DNA of 63,600 nucleotides, the filler included, from Intoshia linei (taxonomy: Eukaryota; Animalia; Orthonectida), in assembly GCA_001642005.1 (NCBI GenBank). It is 5 parts of 5 records of this genome, joined end to end, with 100 filler letters (N's around TTAATTAATTAA, not from the genome) between each part and the next. Parts side by side here need not be neighbours in the genome. Positions count along the whole stretch, not along the records: positions 1 to 21,387 come from LWCA01000649.1; positions 21,488 to 31,831 come from LWCA01001279.1; 3 more parts are not named here. One strand, 5' to 3'. The notes below the pieces were generated by a model. The model was not told the origin of the DNA. It did no database searches and saw nothing but the letters and a program-made list of their open reading frames with translations. This document shows, one piece after another, positions 11,820 through 24,755 of this stretch. The position numbers were made by a program, and so were the translations under genes. Each line of letters opens with the position of its first letter. The stretch's first letter is position 1.

Positions 11820-14800
11820 ATGACTCTAGTAGGTATGATATTGTGATTAAAATTTTGAAACTTATTACAATTTATTGATAGGAAAGAATGATCATCATTC
11901 AAACTTGATTCATGATTTGAAACGATCGGTATATATTGTATTATACACGTATTTACATGAAATAGGTTAAATTATTGCTCGAAGAATATGTAAATAGAAA
12001 ACAAGTTTATATTGACTCTGCTTCAGTAAATTCACTATGCGGTAATTACTAATTTACAAACATAAAAAAATGTAAATGGATTAAAATTCTCACGGCATAA
12101 TATTTCCATAAGATTTATATATTGATGATAATGATGAATCATCAATTAATTAACCGTTTAATTTTGTTCCTTTCAAAGTTGATAAAATATCAAATCTTAT
12201 TTTTAAATTAAATTTTGTCACATTTTCACCACTAATCTACACAATATGTGGTAGTACAATGACACACATTCTATTTTTGCATATATAGCTTTCAGACATG
12301 ATTAATTCCTAAATTCTAGCATGATAAAAATAGAGTAAAAAATGTAAAATTAGCAATATAATTGAATAAAATCGACTTTCGAAAATATGGTCCAAGTCAA
12401 AATTTTATTTAAGAGGAAAAATTTAATTATATAATTAAATTAGAAAAATAAAGAAATAAGATTAAAATATTATGAACAAATTTTAACAAGACTAAAGTTA
12501 GTATTGTTATTCTGCATCTTTCCAGATATACCACACTAAAAGATTATATTTTTATCCAATATCCCTCAACAGTGTTTCTTCTGGTATCAATTTATAGCAA
12601 ACATTTGGCGATGCTGAATGATTAATTCTTTTACCAAATAATGTACCCTTAAAATTGCATTTATCAACAGTCGGTCCCTTAATAATATAACTTTCGATGG
12701 GAAAATATTGAGTAAAAACTAATAAAATTAAATCTTAAATCTGGAAATAATTATGTGCAATGCACAGCAATCATTTTAAATTTTACTTATTGATTATCAA
12801 TTTTAATTTACTAAAAATAATTTTAAATGATTTATAGTATGTTTGGATTCTTGTTTATTGAACGAAATACGTTTAAAGAATAGATGGATGTACGGATATG
12901 TTGATTCTTCGGAATTTTTAATTGAAAGAGCCTCTGTGATGAAAATGCCTGAATGTGAAGATACTATGAAATACATCAAAGAACAACTCTGCAAAAGTCA
13001 GACGTAATAAAAATTAGGATATAGTATATTATAATTTACAATTAATCTTTGTGTCTTATGAATGTATTGGAATGAAATGTTCAATTTTTTTAAATGAACT
13101 GAAATTAATGTTAATTATTTAAAATGGTTATAGAAATTCTGAATTTAATAAAAAATATGATGAAATATATAAATAATTAATATAATTATATAACATTAAA
13201 TTTAGAAATATCTTGAAAAAACAAACAAGTTGTGACAGTGAAAATTTTTCAAAAAATCGGAAAATAACGTGGATGAAAATTGCTCTAATGAAAAAAACGT
13301 TAAATAAAATTGTTGGTTACATTTCAAATAATATGAGGTACATGTAGTTTTTTTAATATTGTTTGATACATTGTACTTATTTTTGATAAATATACAAGAT
13401 AAATACGTTTAACATAAATTAATTGCTTACTAGCTCAATAAATCGATTATATTAACCAATATATTACCAGATTATGGTAAAACGCACTTTTCTTATTGTC
13501 AAAATTTATTGTATTTAATTTAGTGTTTTTAAGTGCTTGTAAAAAATTACATATTACATGTTTAAGTACCAAAAATTAATTGTATAAGTGTTCAATAAAT
13601 TTTAAAAGAATCTTCACTTTTCAAACACTAATATACAATGTATATTAGTGTATAATATATTATTAGAGTTATAATTTCAATTTTATTCATTTTTGTAATT
13701 TTCTGTTTGTTGATCCCATTGTAACCCATTTTGCCAACTTCACATATTGATACTGGATATTAACCAATCTATTATTATTATATTACCAAGTGGGTAGTCG
13801 TTTCTGCCAAGACCATTACTTTTTGCCACGAGCTAATAAATGAATGAATTAAGTGTATAAATAATACATTTGAAAATAATTTGTGTTTATAATTAATATT
13901 TTAGTCAGTATTACTCAAAAGAGTCATTTATGATAGACACTTACAATGGGAATTTGGTTTCATCTCTATTAGGTTATTAAAATTTTAATTTAAAAATTGA
14001 TTTATAATACAATTGTATCGATATAACTTTTATACATAAACGTATAAACGTAATATAACGCTCAAAATTTTGATTTAAATTCTTTGAATTTTAGTTAGTT
14101 ATGTTAAGTGTTATTTATTGTATAATATATTGATAGTCTTAAAGGTTATTGAAATTATGTAATATAATTTTACATTTTAGAGGGAATTAATATCATTGAA
14201 TTTACAAAATTTCCTTTTATAAATAAAGTAACGTATGACTCTCCTGCTTCCGATTTGATGCAACGATACCGCTTACAAATGTCTGGTTCAAATAAATCAT
14301 ATACACCAAAATATACACCTATTCCAAAATTAAAACATTATTCCACTGTAATTTATAATTAATATAATAAAATATATAATTTTTAAATACGGGGAAACCC
14401 ACATTCATGTATTTGAACAGCATGTTGAGTAAAAGGAATGTGTGTCATTGTATTATTATATATGTCAGGGATGCCAACTAGGGTTGAAAATTAACGAAGA
14501 TATCAAAACCGGTTATTAACCGGTTTTATTAATAATATATATTGAGTAAAATATATACAGTATATCACATATAGCTAAATGGATTGGGTGAGCAATATTG
14601 TGTGAGTAGTTGGTTAAATGGTTTAATGTCTTTTCTAAACTTGACCATTACTGAAGCGCAATCAGATAAACACCCAACAATGTGTCTATTCAAATCAATA
14701 TTGAATTTTTAGTCTTTCAAAAACAACATTATTAAGTTTCAAACTAATAATTATTAGCTATAATAGATCCACTTAATTTAGTAAAGCATAATGACTCATT

Positions 14801-17800
14801 ATTTTTCATAATTGTTATAAAGTCATTATTAATGACTTATGGTTTGTTGATCTATGAACATTTATGTTGATATATCATTTATCTATTATAGAGGTGTATT
14901 CATCTAAGGTTAGGGAATACCTAGTGCCAAATTTAATTTGTTCTTTAAAATATTTTTGTAATTGTATTTTATCAGCATAATATCTAAGAATGATATTTTT
15001 ACGGATGAATGACTCTTTAGTGGTAAATTATCATAAGTATATTTTTTAAAAGTTTCCTGAATAAATGAAATCTTATTTTAACATTGAATATTTATGTGCA
15101 ACATCTTCATATATGGATCTTTTTGCTAAATAATTATCTATCTTTGGTTGCATAGATTTTTGATTTCCATGAATGATATTAATATGAACCTTTAAACGAT
15201 ATTATAAAGATGATGTACATTGTACAACCGCGGCCATATTTATTTTTTTAGAAAACATCATACATATGACTTCGACGTTGCTATCCTGAGGAAAATATAG
15301 GCAAACAGTAGATTTTTACCGATTGGAGTCCAAAATTATATGCCTGGGGTCCGTGATATTGAAAATTTTTGATCAACTTTTGTTTATTTTTATTGGAAAA
15401 TTTTTAATATTTATTACACTGTATCAAAGTCATCAATTTTTTTATAAATATCCATTTTTTTTGTAAGGAGTTTACTACAAAATAAAAATTATTCCTTAAT
15501 TACATTCAAATCAATATACATCTCAAAAAATAAAACTAAACAATTAAATAATTTATAAAAATTTGCGACCCACTAACTAGCAACCCCAGTTGAAAACTAT
15601 GGATTACAGATTTTCTAGATGTTGATTACACAAATTTTTAGACGATTGCTACATTATTATTTCAATAATCCTATTTTTATCCCACCATTAATAAAATTTA
15701 AACCCTCAGGGAAAAATTGAGTTTTACCGATATTTTTTTGAAAAATCCAATTTTACCTACCCTTATGGGAAAAATACCAATTTTCTATTCTTTTATTGAA
15801 AAACACGATTTTCCAAATTTTATGAGAAAAACCTCTTATTCCAACCCCAAAATAAAACTCCAATATTACCAACGCTTAAGAGAAATATCCTCTTTTTCCA
15901 GTATTATTTTGAATAATTCGATTATACTAAATCTTAAGAGCAACAACTTCCTAATGAAAAACTCAAAATTAAAAATGAAATTTTACCAACCCTCGATAAA
16001 AAATGCTCTTTTTACAATATTTTTTTGAAAAACTTAATTTTCTAAATCCTAAGATGAAAAACCTTAAATTTTTTCATCAATTTTTTATATTTCATATTCC
16101 CCTAGGAGTCCAAAAAAATAAATATTTTGAACTGTAGACCGTACACAATTTGAACCGGGAACCACTGCATTAAAACAATGAAAAAATGAAAATATTTGAT
16201 TTTTATTTCATATAATTAATAATCAACCTTTATTATAAATATCAACCTATATCATGTATAGTATACAAGTATAAATGTATCAAATATTAAATATAAATAT
16301 TTAGAATTCATTTGGCTTAACATCTATGGATAAATGCACAGAATCTGTTAGACGTGATTCTTTGTCTAATTATATAGAATCACTACATCAATCCAATAAT
16401 TCCGTAATATTGTATGGAAAAAATCACATTAATATTCGATCGGTATGTTGTTACATAATCATTATTATTACGCTGTATTATTGTACTTTTTATATATAAA
16501 GATAATTTTAAATTTTTTTAGAATCATTAATCACAATCAAAACATGATTTCAAATCATTGATTTGATTACACCAGTCATCTCACTTATTTTTCAACCCAT
16601 TTTTTCTTAAATTTACTTCGTTTTAAGTAACATGTTACTGATACACTGAGTAACAAATATATTTTATCAATAATTCATAGATTTAGTCTATTTAAAATTA
16701 AAAATTAGGGTGCATCAGTAAAAATTTATAGAGTTGGCAAATTTTGTAAAAAAGCATTTTTAACAGGGTTGTTGAGAGCTGGCCAAATTTTTAAAATCAT
16801 ATTTTTTTAATTTTGATTGAAATTTTTGATTTAAATTGAATTTATTGGCAATTTTTGTTTGTAAAATATAATAATGCCTACACTGTAGGCTTACAGCATA
16901 TTTTTGTTATATTTACCAGGGTTATTGAGGGCCGACCAAATTTTTGAATCGGTTTTTTAATATTTATTGGAAATGTTTCTATATGTAGAATATATATAAT
17001 TCCCTACAGCCATTTTTGATATATTCACCAGGATTGTTGGGGTCGGCCAAATTTAAAACAAGTTTTACAACGTACATAGTGATATAATAATTTGAAATGA
17101 CACCATACGTTAATTAAATTAAAATTAAATTAAATTAAATCAAATTATAATATATTTATAGAAAAACCAATTGAATTTATTATATTCAAAATTTATTATC
17201 TTATAAAGCAACGGATTAATTGAAAAAATAATTTAATAATTATGATATTAAGATGCTAACACCCATTAACACGTTATATATAGGGGTTTGAACGGTTTTC
17301 TGAACTTTTTGTTATATAATTATTTTAATTGTAATGTAAAAAAAGTAAAACAAAATAAATTTAACTCATTCATACATTTGACGTACTTTGTCAAAAATTT
17401 GGTTTAAAACTTTTTTATAACTAGAAAATTGGCTCGGTCGCATTATAATCATTTAAATTTAAAAGATAATTTGGCTTAAAAGTTTTTAACCAACTAAACC
17501 ATCAATTTCAAGCGTAACATCATTTTATATTAAATTATATTAACATTAGCACGTCGTCAAACTGTGGTGATGAGATATAATAGTTGGGCTGAAGATTTTC
17601 ATTGATCAAATTAAAATAGTAAAATTCCTCAATCAGGGGATCTTTGACTATACTTTGAGTTTCAATTGAATAATAAATATTATTATTTTATTTATTTATT
17701 AATTATTGTAAATTTTAGACAAATGGAGAATTTGTGCCTGGTTACTTATCATTACATTCGAATAATGATGAAATTTTATTAAAATGGACGTCAAATGCTT

Positions 17801-20261
17801 TAATGAAACTTACCACTGATGACTCAATTTATTCATCTCTAGATAAAAATTCAGAGTATAATCTCATAAACATTTTTAATAAAATTTTAGAAAAGTTATT
17901 AATAAAACCATCATTATACGAATGAAAGATATTAATTTTCTACATATTCATAAAATTGGTGAGTATTAATATAAATTTATTGTAATTTTATTTTTGTAAA
18001 CCATCAAAACTATTACCTTTATAACCTGTTTTGACAAAATGTCAACATGAGACACCAGTATTTGAGGCATTTTATTGAGATGATTATAATTATTACACCA
18101 ACTCCAATACGAACACGAACTTTGAATCATGCCTAGTCGTAGTTCAGACCGTGCTATAAAACTAGATTATGGTACCAATGTGGATGAAAATAATTTCGAA
18201 ATTATCGTGACACTTTGATAATTAAAATATAATGAATTGTTTTGTTTTAGAAGTATTTAAAAAAATATATTTTCAGTCAGTAATATGTAACTATATATAA
18301 AATGTAGCTGAAAATAAATCCTACAACATGGTATTAGTCGACTGTGATGGAATTCAAAATGAAAGATTCAACTTTCCTGGTGGAACACATTTGTTAAATT
18401 TTCTATCCCGATTGGAATTTGGATTTTTACCAAGCTATTGTTTATCCCCACCAATTTTACCTAGTACACCTCGTAAGGATATTACATGCATAATTAATTT
18501 TACTTTTCAGGATCAATATTTTCTAAACTTATAAATAAGACAGATGTATGCGTTGCTGAGCAATTAAAAAACCCTGATGAATCCGAAAATGAAATTATCA
18601 TTGTAGGAATCATTTCAAATACTATTCATGGTAATTTAATAAGATATTGATCAAATTTTTTTTGGCATTGTAAATATTGACCCAAATTGAATTTTTGATA
18701 TTGATAATATACATTTTATATAGATAAAATTATAAAATCGATAGAGATTGAAATAGTTTAATTATTACAATGTATAAAAACTAGAATCATTAAATTCAAG
18801 ATTTTCATTTTTACCATTTATGAAACGGAATAAAACATCTTTAAAATATGATAGCATGTTGGATAATGACACTGATGACAACGATGCCAACAAATCAATT
18901 GTAAAAGAAATAGATATAATGAAGCCGTTGAACGAAGAAAGCAAGAATAAAAATTTATCATTCAGTTTATTGGAAAAGTTGAACATATTTAGGAATCCTC
19001 AAAATAAAGAATGTCCTGATGAAAGTATGGATTTCAGCAAGAGTGGAAACGAAGAAGACTCACAAATCGTTTTGGAAGAATCTTGTATAAGTATTTACTT
19101 GAATTTTTATAAATTAAATTTAGATAATTCTAAAATTCGAAAAAATTGGATAAGCCATAGCAAAGGAATGAAAAAAATAAATAGCAGCATAGGATACAGT
19201 AGTACTAACAATAGTTGCAATATTTCCAGAAATTCTGAATTTACAAACTATTCCAATCAGTCACAAAGCATTGACATTGATAGCAACTGTTCTAGGTTTG
19301 ATTGTTGATAATTTATATTAATTTTAATCATTTAATCATTAACATGCATTTGTTTATTCATAAATAATGATCATCAACAATATAATATATAAATTTATAA
19401 ATTTATAATGTACATTCAAACTTTTAGAGGAGCATGTAATAATTTATACGACACCATCAAGTATTCTATTGTTCGCAGAGCCTTTCGAGGATGTAATTTA
19501 ATAATGTGTAGTGATAATTTACAACTTAGGGTTTACTTTGGTAGCAAATAAAAAACGTCTAAATGACATTTTTCCAAATTTAATTTTAAAAAAACATTGC
19601 CTATATTCTCACAATATACCCTATAGTTTTCCTCTCGATGAAAAAATATGGAGTGAACTCAGATGTGATAAAAGTGTAAATGAATATACAAATAAATATA
19701 TATTTGTTTTAGATGAACGGCTACTTAAAAATGATGAGGCACGTTTACAAATATGGATGTAACAGTATTATTAGACATAAGGTTAATTGAAAGAAATATA
19801 TATAATTGTTGATTAAAAGGTCTGGCCTTACATTTTCGGACATTATGCATGGGTTCAATCACAAGATGAAATAACTGAAACAAACAAGAAATTAAGTGAA
19901 AAATATAATAATACAAAATGTAAATTCATGAAATGGGATGAAATTATTAAAAAAACTGATATGGAAGAGTCTGAGTATTACCGTAGAGAATGTCGTAAAA
20001 AACAAAACTTAGAAAAAAGTGATTCAACTGATAAAAACTTCCAAATCGATTTTTCTAAAATTGTACCTACAGGTAATTTATTTTATTTCATCAATTATTC
20101 TTAGAATTGAATTCTGACCAAGACACCCAAGACGACAAAATTTTATACCAAAATGTATCTACCAATATTCATAGAATAGATAAAGATGTAGCCAGATGTG
20201 ATCGTAATCATCCATATTTCAACAACACAAATTTAAACAAACTTAGGAATATTATGGGAGT
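11820..20261 (+). CDS. Small G protein signaling modulator (SGSM1/2-like; RUN + PH + TBC Rab-GAP), 3' end missing from contig
   Basis: Exons translate to LIHDLKRSVKLLLEEYVNRK, WMKIALMKKTLNKIV (RUN), YIESLHQSNNSVILYGKNH, PGYLSLH..ILLKWTSN, VYKYGCNSIIRHKVWPYIFGHY and NIHRIDKDVARCDRNHPYF (TBC), collinear with SGSM1/2. Confidence 0.88.
12507..12718 (-). pseudogene. SET-domain relic nested antisense in an SGSM intron
   Basis: Reverse frame reads ..GTLFGKRINHSASPNVCYKLIPEETLLRDIG*KYNLLVWY.., i.e. the SET RxINHSxxPN and RDI...LLVWY motifs, separated by an in-frame TAA (12552-12554). Confidence 0.55.
14540..15130 (-). mobile_element. Degenerate hAT transposase fragment in SGSM intron
   Basis: Reverse-strand fragments RYSLTLDEYTS and HIVGCLSDCASVMVK..HPIHLAICD match the first two catalytic blocks of hAT transposases. 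Interrupted by stops. Confidence 0.7.
15310..16167. mobile_element. hAT-MITE-like element carrying an internal degenerate ~30-bp tandem array (array about 15665-16075)
   Basis: The 5' part (CCTGGGGTCCGTGA..) matches 48728-48870 and the reverse complement of about 6640-6757. Repeated AAAAATCCAATTTT(A)CC units follow. Ends in GGGAACCACTG. Confidence 0.55.
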
Positions 20262-21387
20262 GTAAGATTTTTTACTATTATTAAATTTTCGAAATTTTTT
20301 AATGTAATAATTATCTCATCTTGTTAGTACCGCTAATTCCTGGTTGACGGAACTTGGAATTAGCCTGTATAATGATTATAATTCGTTTTCATTTATTTAA
20401 AATTTAATATACATATTATATATGTGTTCATTTTCAGTCTTTCTGAAAATTCTTCAGAATGACTGAAACTCCAAACGGACGTTAAGATATGTAATTTTGA
20501 AGTATTTTGCATATTATTGATTATTAAAACATTTTGATGCGTCTAAGTTAATGTATCGCTATTAATTTATAGTTATGCATAATTTTATTTAAACTTTAAA
20601 ATGCGTACATTATTAAACCTTACGAGACTATTCATTTTTACTAAAATTTACATAACATTTTCACTTCATAAAAACTTAAATTTCACAAAATAAAAGCCAA
20701 ACTATTTCGAAAAATTATTCAAAGTGAACAATTGAAAGTGTCACTAATAAAATACAATACTTTACGTTTTCTCTGAGCTATAAAATTGTTCTAAAACAGT
20801 GAGTCTTATTTGAGACTATATAGCGAGCAAAATAATTTTTAAAAATATGCAATTTAAGCAATAATTTTAGAGCCTTCTTATATTTTAATTAACTAATTAA
20901 TAAAATACTCATATAAATGGATTCACATTTAGATTTTCGTATTTAAATTTAAATTATCGTCCAAATTATTTTAAGGTTACTCAGAATTAATTAATATTCA
21001 AATATGATGTATAATATTGCGTATCTATATTTTATACCATGGAGTATAAGATTTATCTTGGATATTTTACTTTGCACGTTTTAGGAAATTTTAATTGCAT
21101 ACATACATTTATAAAACATTATAAATATCGTCAAATCTGTTCTTAAAAATGGCTTCAGGTTATTGAGATGTGAATTAATTATCTACGTTAATTGTTAATA
21201 AATATTTATGTAAATTTAGAGTTAATTATTTTATTATAAAAATACTCCCACTGTGTTTCAAACAAAAAGTTCAAAAAAAATAGTATATAAATGTTAGTTA
21301 CGATGAGTTATAATTTGTTCAAAACTTTAAAGTCACAACCCAAGGTTTTTTTTAAATTTAATTCATTAATAATAATAAAACAAATTT

Positions 21388-21487
21388 NNNNNNNNNNNNN
21401 NNNNNNNNNNNNNNNNNNNNNNNNNNNNNNNTTAATTAATTAANNNNNNNNNNNNNNNNNNNNNNNNNNNNNNNNNNNNNNNNNNNN
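21388..21487. other. Artificial contig linker (44 N + TTAATTAATTAA + 44 N)
   Basis: The identical 100-nt structure occurs four times; the core has stop codons in all six frames. Confidence 0.97.
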
Positions 21488-21965
21488 AATTGGTATTTTT
21501 AAGTATTTATTAAATTGGTACTGAATATATGACATCACATTAAAAATCACAAAATAGGTTTTTATAATTTTATTTTTTCTTGAATTTACAATTTATTTTA
21601 TTGTATGCTATTTATGACAATTTTTAGGATTGAACTGTATTTACTTTATTTTTAATATTATAGACACATTCTGTCTAATAAATTAAAAAAAGGGATAACA
21701 ATTGTTTTTAAAATTCTTTACGCAAATGTTAACAAACAAAAAATTAAGATAAAATAATTCACTTTTAAGTAAAAAGTAATGTTATATGATGGTTCCGCTT
21801 GAAACAAATTTGGGAATCACACCTTTAAAGGATTGATAATAGTGAATAGTAAGATTTTTAAGTTAGATTTTCAACATAAATTTATTTTTTTATTATTTTT
21901 TTATAAAAATGTACCCTCGGCAGAGCTAGGTGCTGTTTGTACGTAGTACATAACAGTCAAGCTAG
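21488..21965 (+). mobile_element. 3' part of non-autonomous Helitron
   Basis: Ends with the hairpin TGTAC-GTA-GTACA then ACAGTCAAG-CTAG|T. Reverse-complement match to 53577-54025 and 24390-24755. Confidence 0.8.
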
Positions 21966-21989
21966 TGTTGTATAAAATTATAAGACTTT

Positions 21990-22340
21990 CTTAAATTTTA
22001 CAGAAAAGGGTAAATTGTGGTTTTGGCCGTGAAGATATAAGATTTTGAAATTGAAAATTATTATAATACTCATGAATTTAACACTTTTCATTAGAATGTA
22101 TAATTTTTATAATTCTAGGACGGGTGTGAATATAAAAAACAAGGGACAATTAGAGTTTTTAACCTTGAAGGAATCAATTTCCAAAATTGAAATTTTCGAT
22201 AAAACAACACACTGGAAAACGGGTTATAAGAATGTGGAATTTATAAAAATCGACTCTTCTTACTTTTTTAAATAACCTGGAACAAACAAACAAATAAACC
22301 GACATACATTTTTAACCATTTTACTTTATATAAGTAAGGA
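21990..22340 (-). mobile_element. 5' part of non-autonomous Helitron
   Basis: Terminus A|TCCTTACTTATATAAA with a GTTT microsatellite (reverse strand). Internal modules match 33330-33685. Confidence 0.7.
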
Positions 22341-22416
22341 TATGAAGTTTACGTTATTTTAATTTCTTTATAACATAAGTGCATAAGTAGTTATTTTGAT
22401 ACATATTAAAAATTAC

Positions 22417-23964
22417 TTTTATATAAAGAAGAATTTAGAATATCGCTGCTTTTGCTGTTATCGTCAATCGACAATTGGATCGTGAATGTTACATTGGTAT
22501 ACTCCTTTATCTAATATTATTGTTTAAAACAAATACAAATAAACTTTTCACTAAATCAAAGATTGGTTGTATTTCTGGTCTAACTATCTCGAAGACTTGG
22601 CCGAAGTTAGCTCCCCAAATTTGCGGTACACTAAATGTTATGATTGTGGTAAAAGGTAAAAAAATTATACGCTTTTTTGAGACAATCTCCAATTGAATTA
22701 ATTTTCATATTAGTATCGATAAAAATACAAAAAGGTAAAATAGACTCAACTTGACTCATTTCAATTTGTACAGCTTTTAACGATTCAACTAAGTTTAAGA
22801 AATAATTTAGTTAATATTGTTGCATAGCATTACTCTGTTTTTCCCGGTTGCATTTATCCTGAATATATTTTGAATTATTGAATCTAAAAGTAAATAAATG
22901 CAATTTAAAATCTACACATTACCATTCTTTTTTAAAATTAAAATTTTTTATTATTAAAATAAAATGTAATAATCTACAAGATTGACCGGTTTTATGTCTA
23001 TAACAAGGATTTTCGAAAAAGTATTGAGTTTTTTTGGCTAAGTTGTATACTTGGTATCGTACTGAATTAAAAAAACTGACTTTAACAGAACATTACATAC
23101 ATTAAATTTTAATCATCTTTTACTATGTCTATTTCATTACAATTTTGTATAATACATTATTATTTTAACTACTCATTTGAAAAATCAGATTATTAGACAT
23201 CACTGCAAGGTCGGTCACGAATGATTTATATTAAATGTATGTTTACTTTAGTTCTATTTTATATTTGCAATGATCATTGAAAACATCTGCCACAATGATA
23301 TTAATTATCGGAAATACATGAAAAATTTTATTGGCAACCTAAATTATTTAAATTTTTATTTAAATATTACCGAATTTAAAATTCCTATAACGTAATTTGC
23401 AAATCCTAGTCGGCCACTCATATATGTAATAGTAATACCGTCTTTATCCTGTGAATTAACAATAAAAGTTGGATTCTGCATTTTTGGAAATTTTGATCTA
23501 TTCAATTAATTTTAAATCATTTTCTGTTATTTTACTTCATACTATGATGAACGTCATCCAGGCACATTATAAACCCAGACAAATCTCTTCCAACAACTAT
23601 TCACATATATTTAGCATATATGAAATATACATATAATATATTTATATATTTTTTTAATATTTATACCATCAAGCATGTCCTTGAATCCGTTTAAATTAAA
23701 AAATTCATGCAAATCCGCTCCACATTTATGCATCAACTCCGCCTAACTAGAAGTGTATAAGCATTTACTATGTAGAACCTCTACCATTCCGGTAATAGCT
23801 GTAATCGAAGTAATTATCCTTTTAAACAAGGACTCACTGTAATATTTATTATGCACAAATACCTCAATGTCGAACCCCACGTGTTCCATTACTTGTTTCC
23901 AAATATTTTTACCGAAGTATACGCATGTGAAATTTCGAATACCATCAAGAATAATTCCATACAT
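22417..23964 (-). CDS. Atypical soluble guanylyl cyclase (H-NOX + start of PAS/HNOBA domain), 3' part missing
   Basis: MYGIILDG start, proximal His in CLDDVHHSMK, FPKMQNPTF, heme motif YMSGR, then HNOBA-like ILPFCIFID...FEIVRPEI. The cyclase domain is not seen before the contig end. Confidence 0.88.
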
Positions 23965-24389
23965 TTTATTAAATGAAAATATAAAATGAAAAGTTAATGA
24001 AACATTTTAATTCAGTTAACTAATTTACGCATAAACTAGATTATTTCTTAATCATTTCCGTTCCAATATGGATTTATTATGCTACATTATAAATATAATA
24101 GTTATATAATGCCTTGAAGTGATAATGAATATATTTATCATTTTATCAATATATGTTCAAATTATCTTAATTATCAAGATGAGGATATTTTAGATGATTC
24201 CACTAATAATTTAAAATTCACTTCATTTTTTAGAATGTTTTAATGCATTGTATTGATTACTTGATTTTACTTAATCGGATAAATATTTATGATTCTAATA
24301 ATTTTAGTTATAATTAATATTATTATAAATTAATTAATACTGGCGGTGGCGTGAAAGTGATATAAATATTATATAGTCATATATGTACA

Positions 24390-24755
24390 CTAGGTTGACT
24401 GCTATGTACTACGTACAAATATCACCTAGCTATGCCGAGGGCACATTTTTATTCTACCAAAAATCAATTTATAATGAAAATCTAATTTAAAAATCCTACT
24501 ATTCACTATTATCAATCCTTAAAATGAGTGGTTCCTAAATTTGTTTCAGGTGGAATCGTTATATCACCTTATTTTTTACTTTAAAGTGAATTATTCCATC
24601 TAATTTTTTTTGGTTAACATTTGCGTAAAGAATTTTAAAAACAATTGTTATCCCACTTTTTTAATTTATTAGACAGAATGTGTATATAATATTAAAAATA
24701 AAGTAAAAACAGTCCAATCCTAAAAATTGTAATAAATACTTAAAAATACCAATTA
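24390..24755 (-). mobile_element. 3' part of non-autonomous Helitron
   Basis: Starts A-CTAG-GTTGACTGCTATGTACTACGTACAAA and is near-identical to 53577 onward. Confidence 0.8.

Noticed and set aside
21432-21443. Recurrent TTAATTAATTAA palindrome as a biological repeat or recombination site
   Set aside because: Always centred in a fixed N run and contains stops in all six frames; it is a synthetic spacer.
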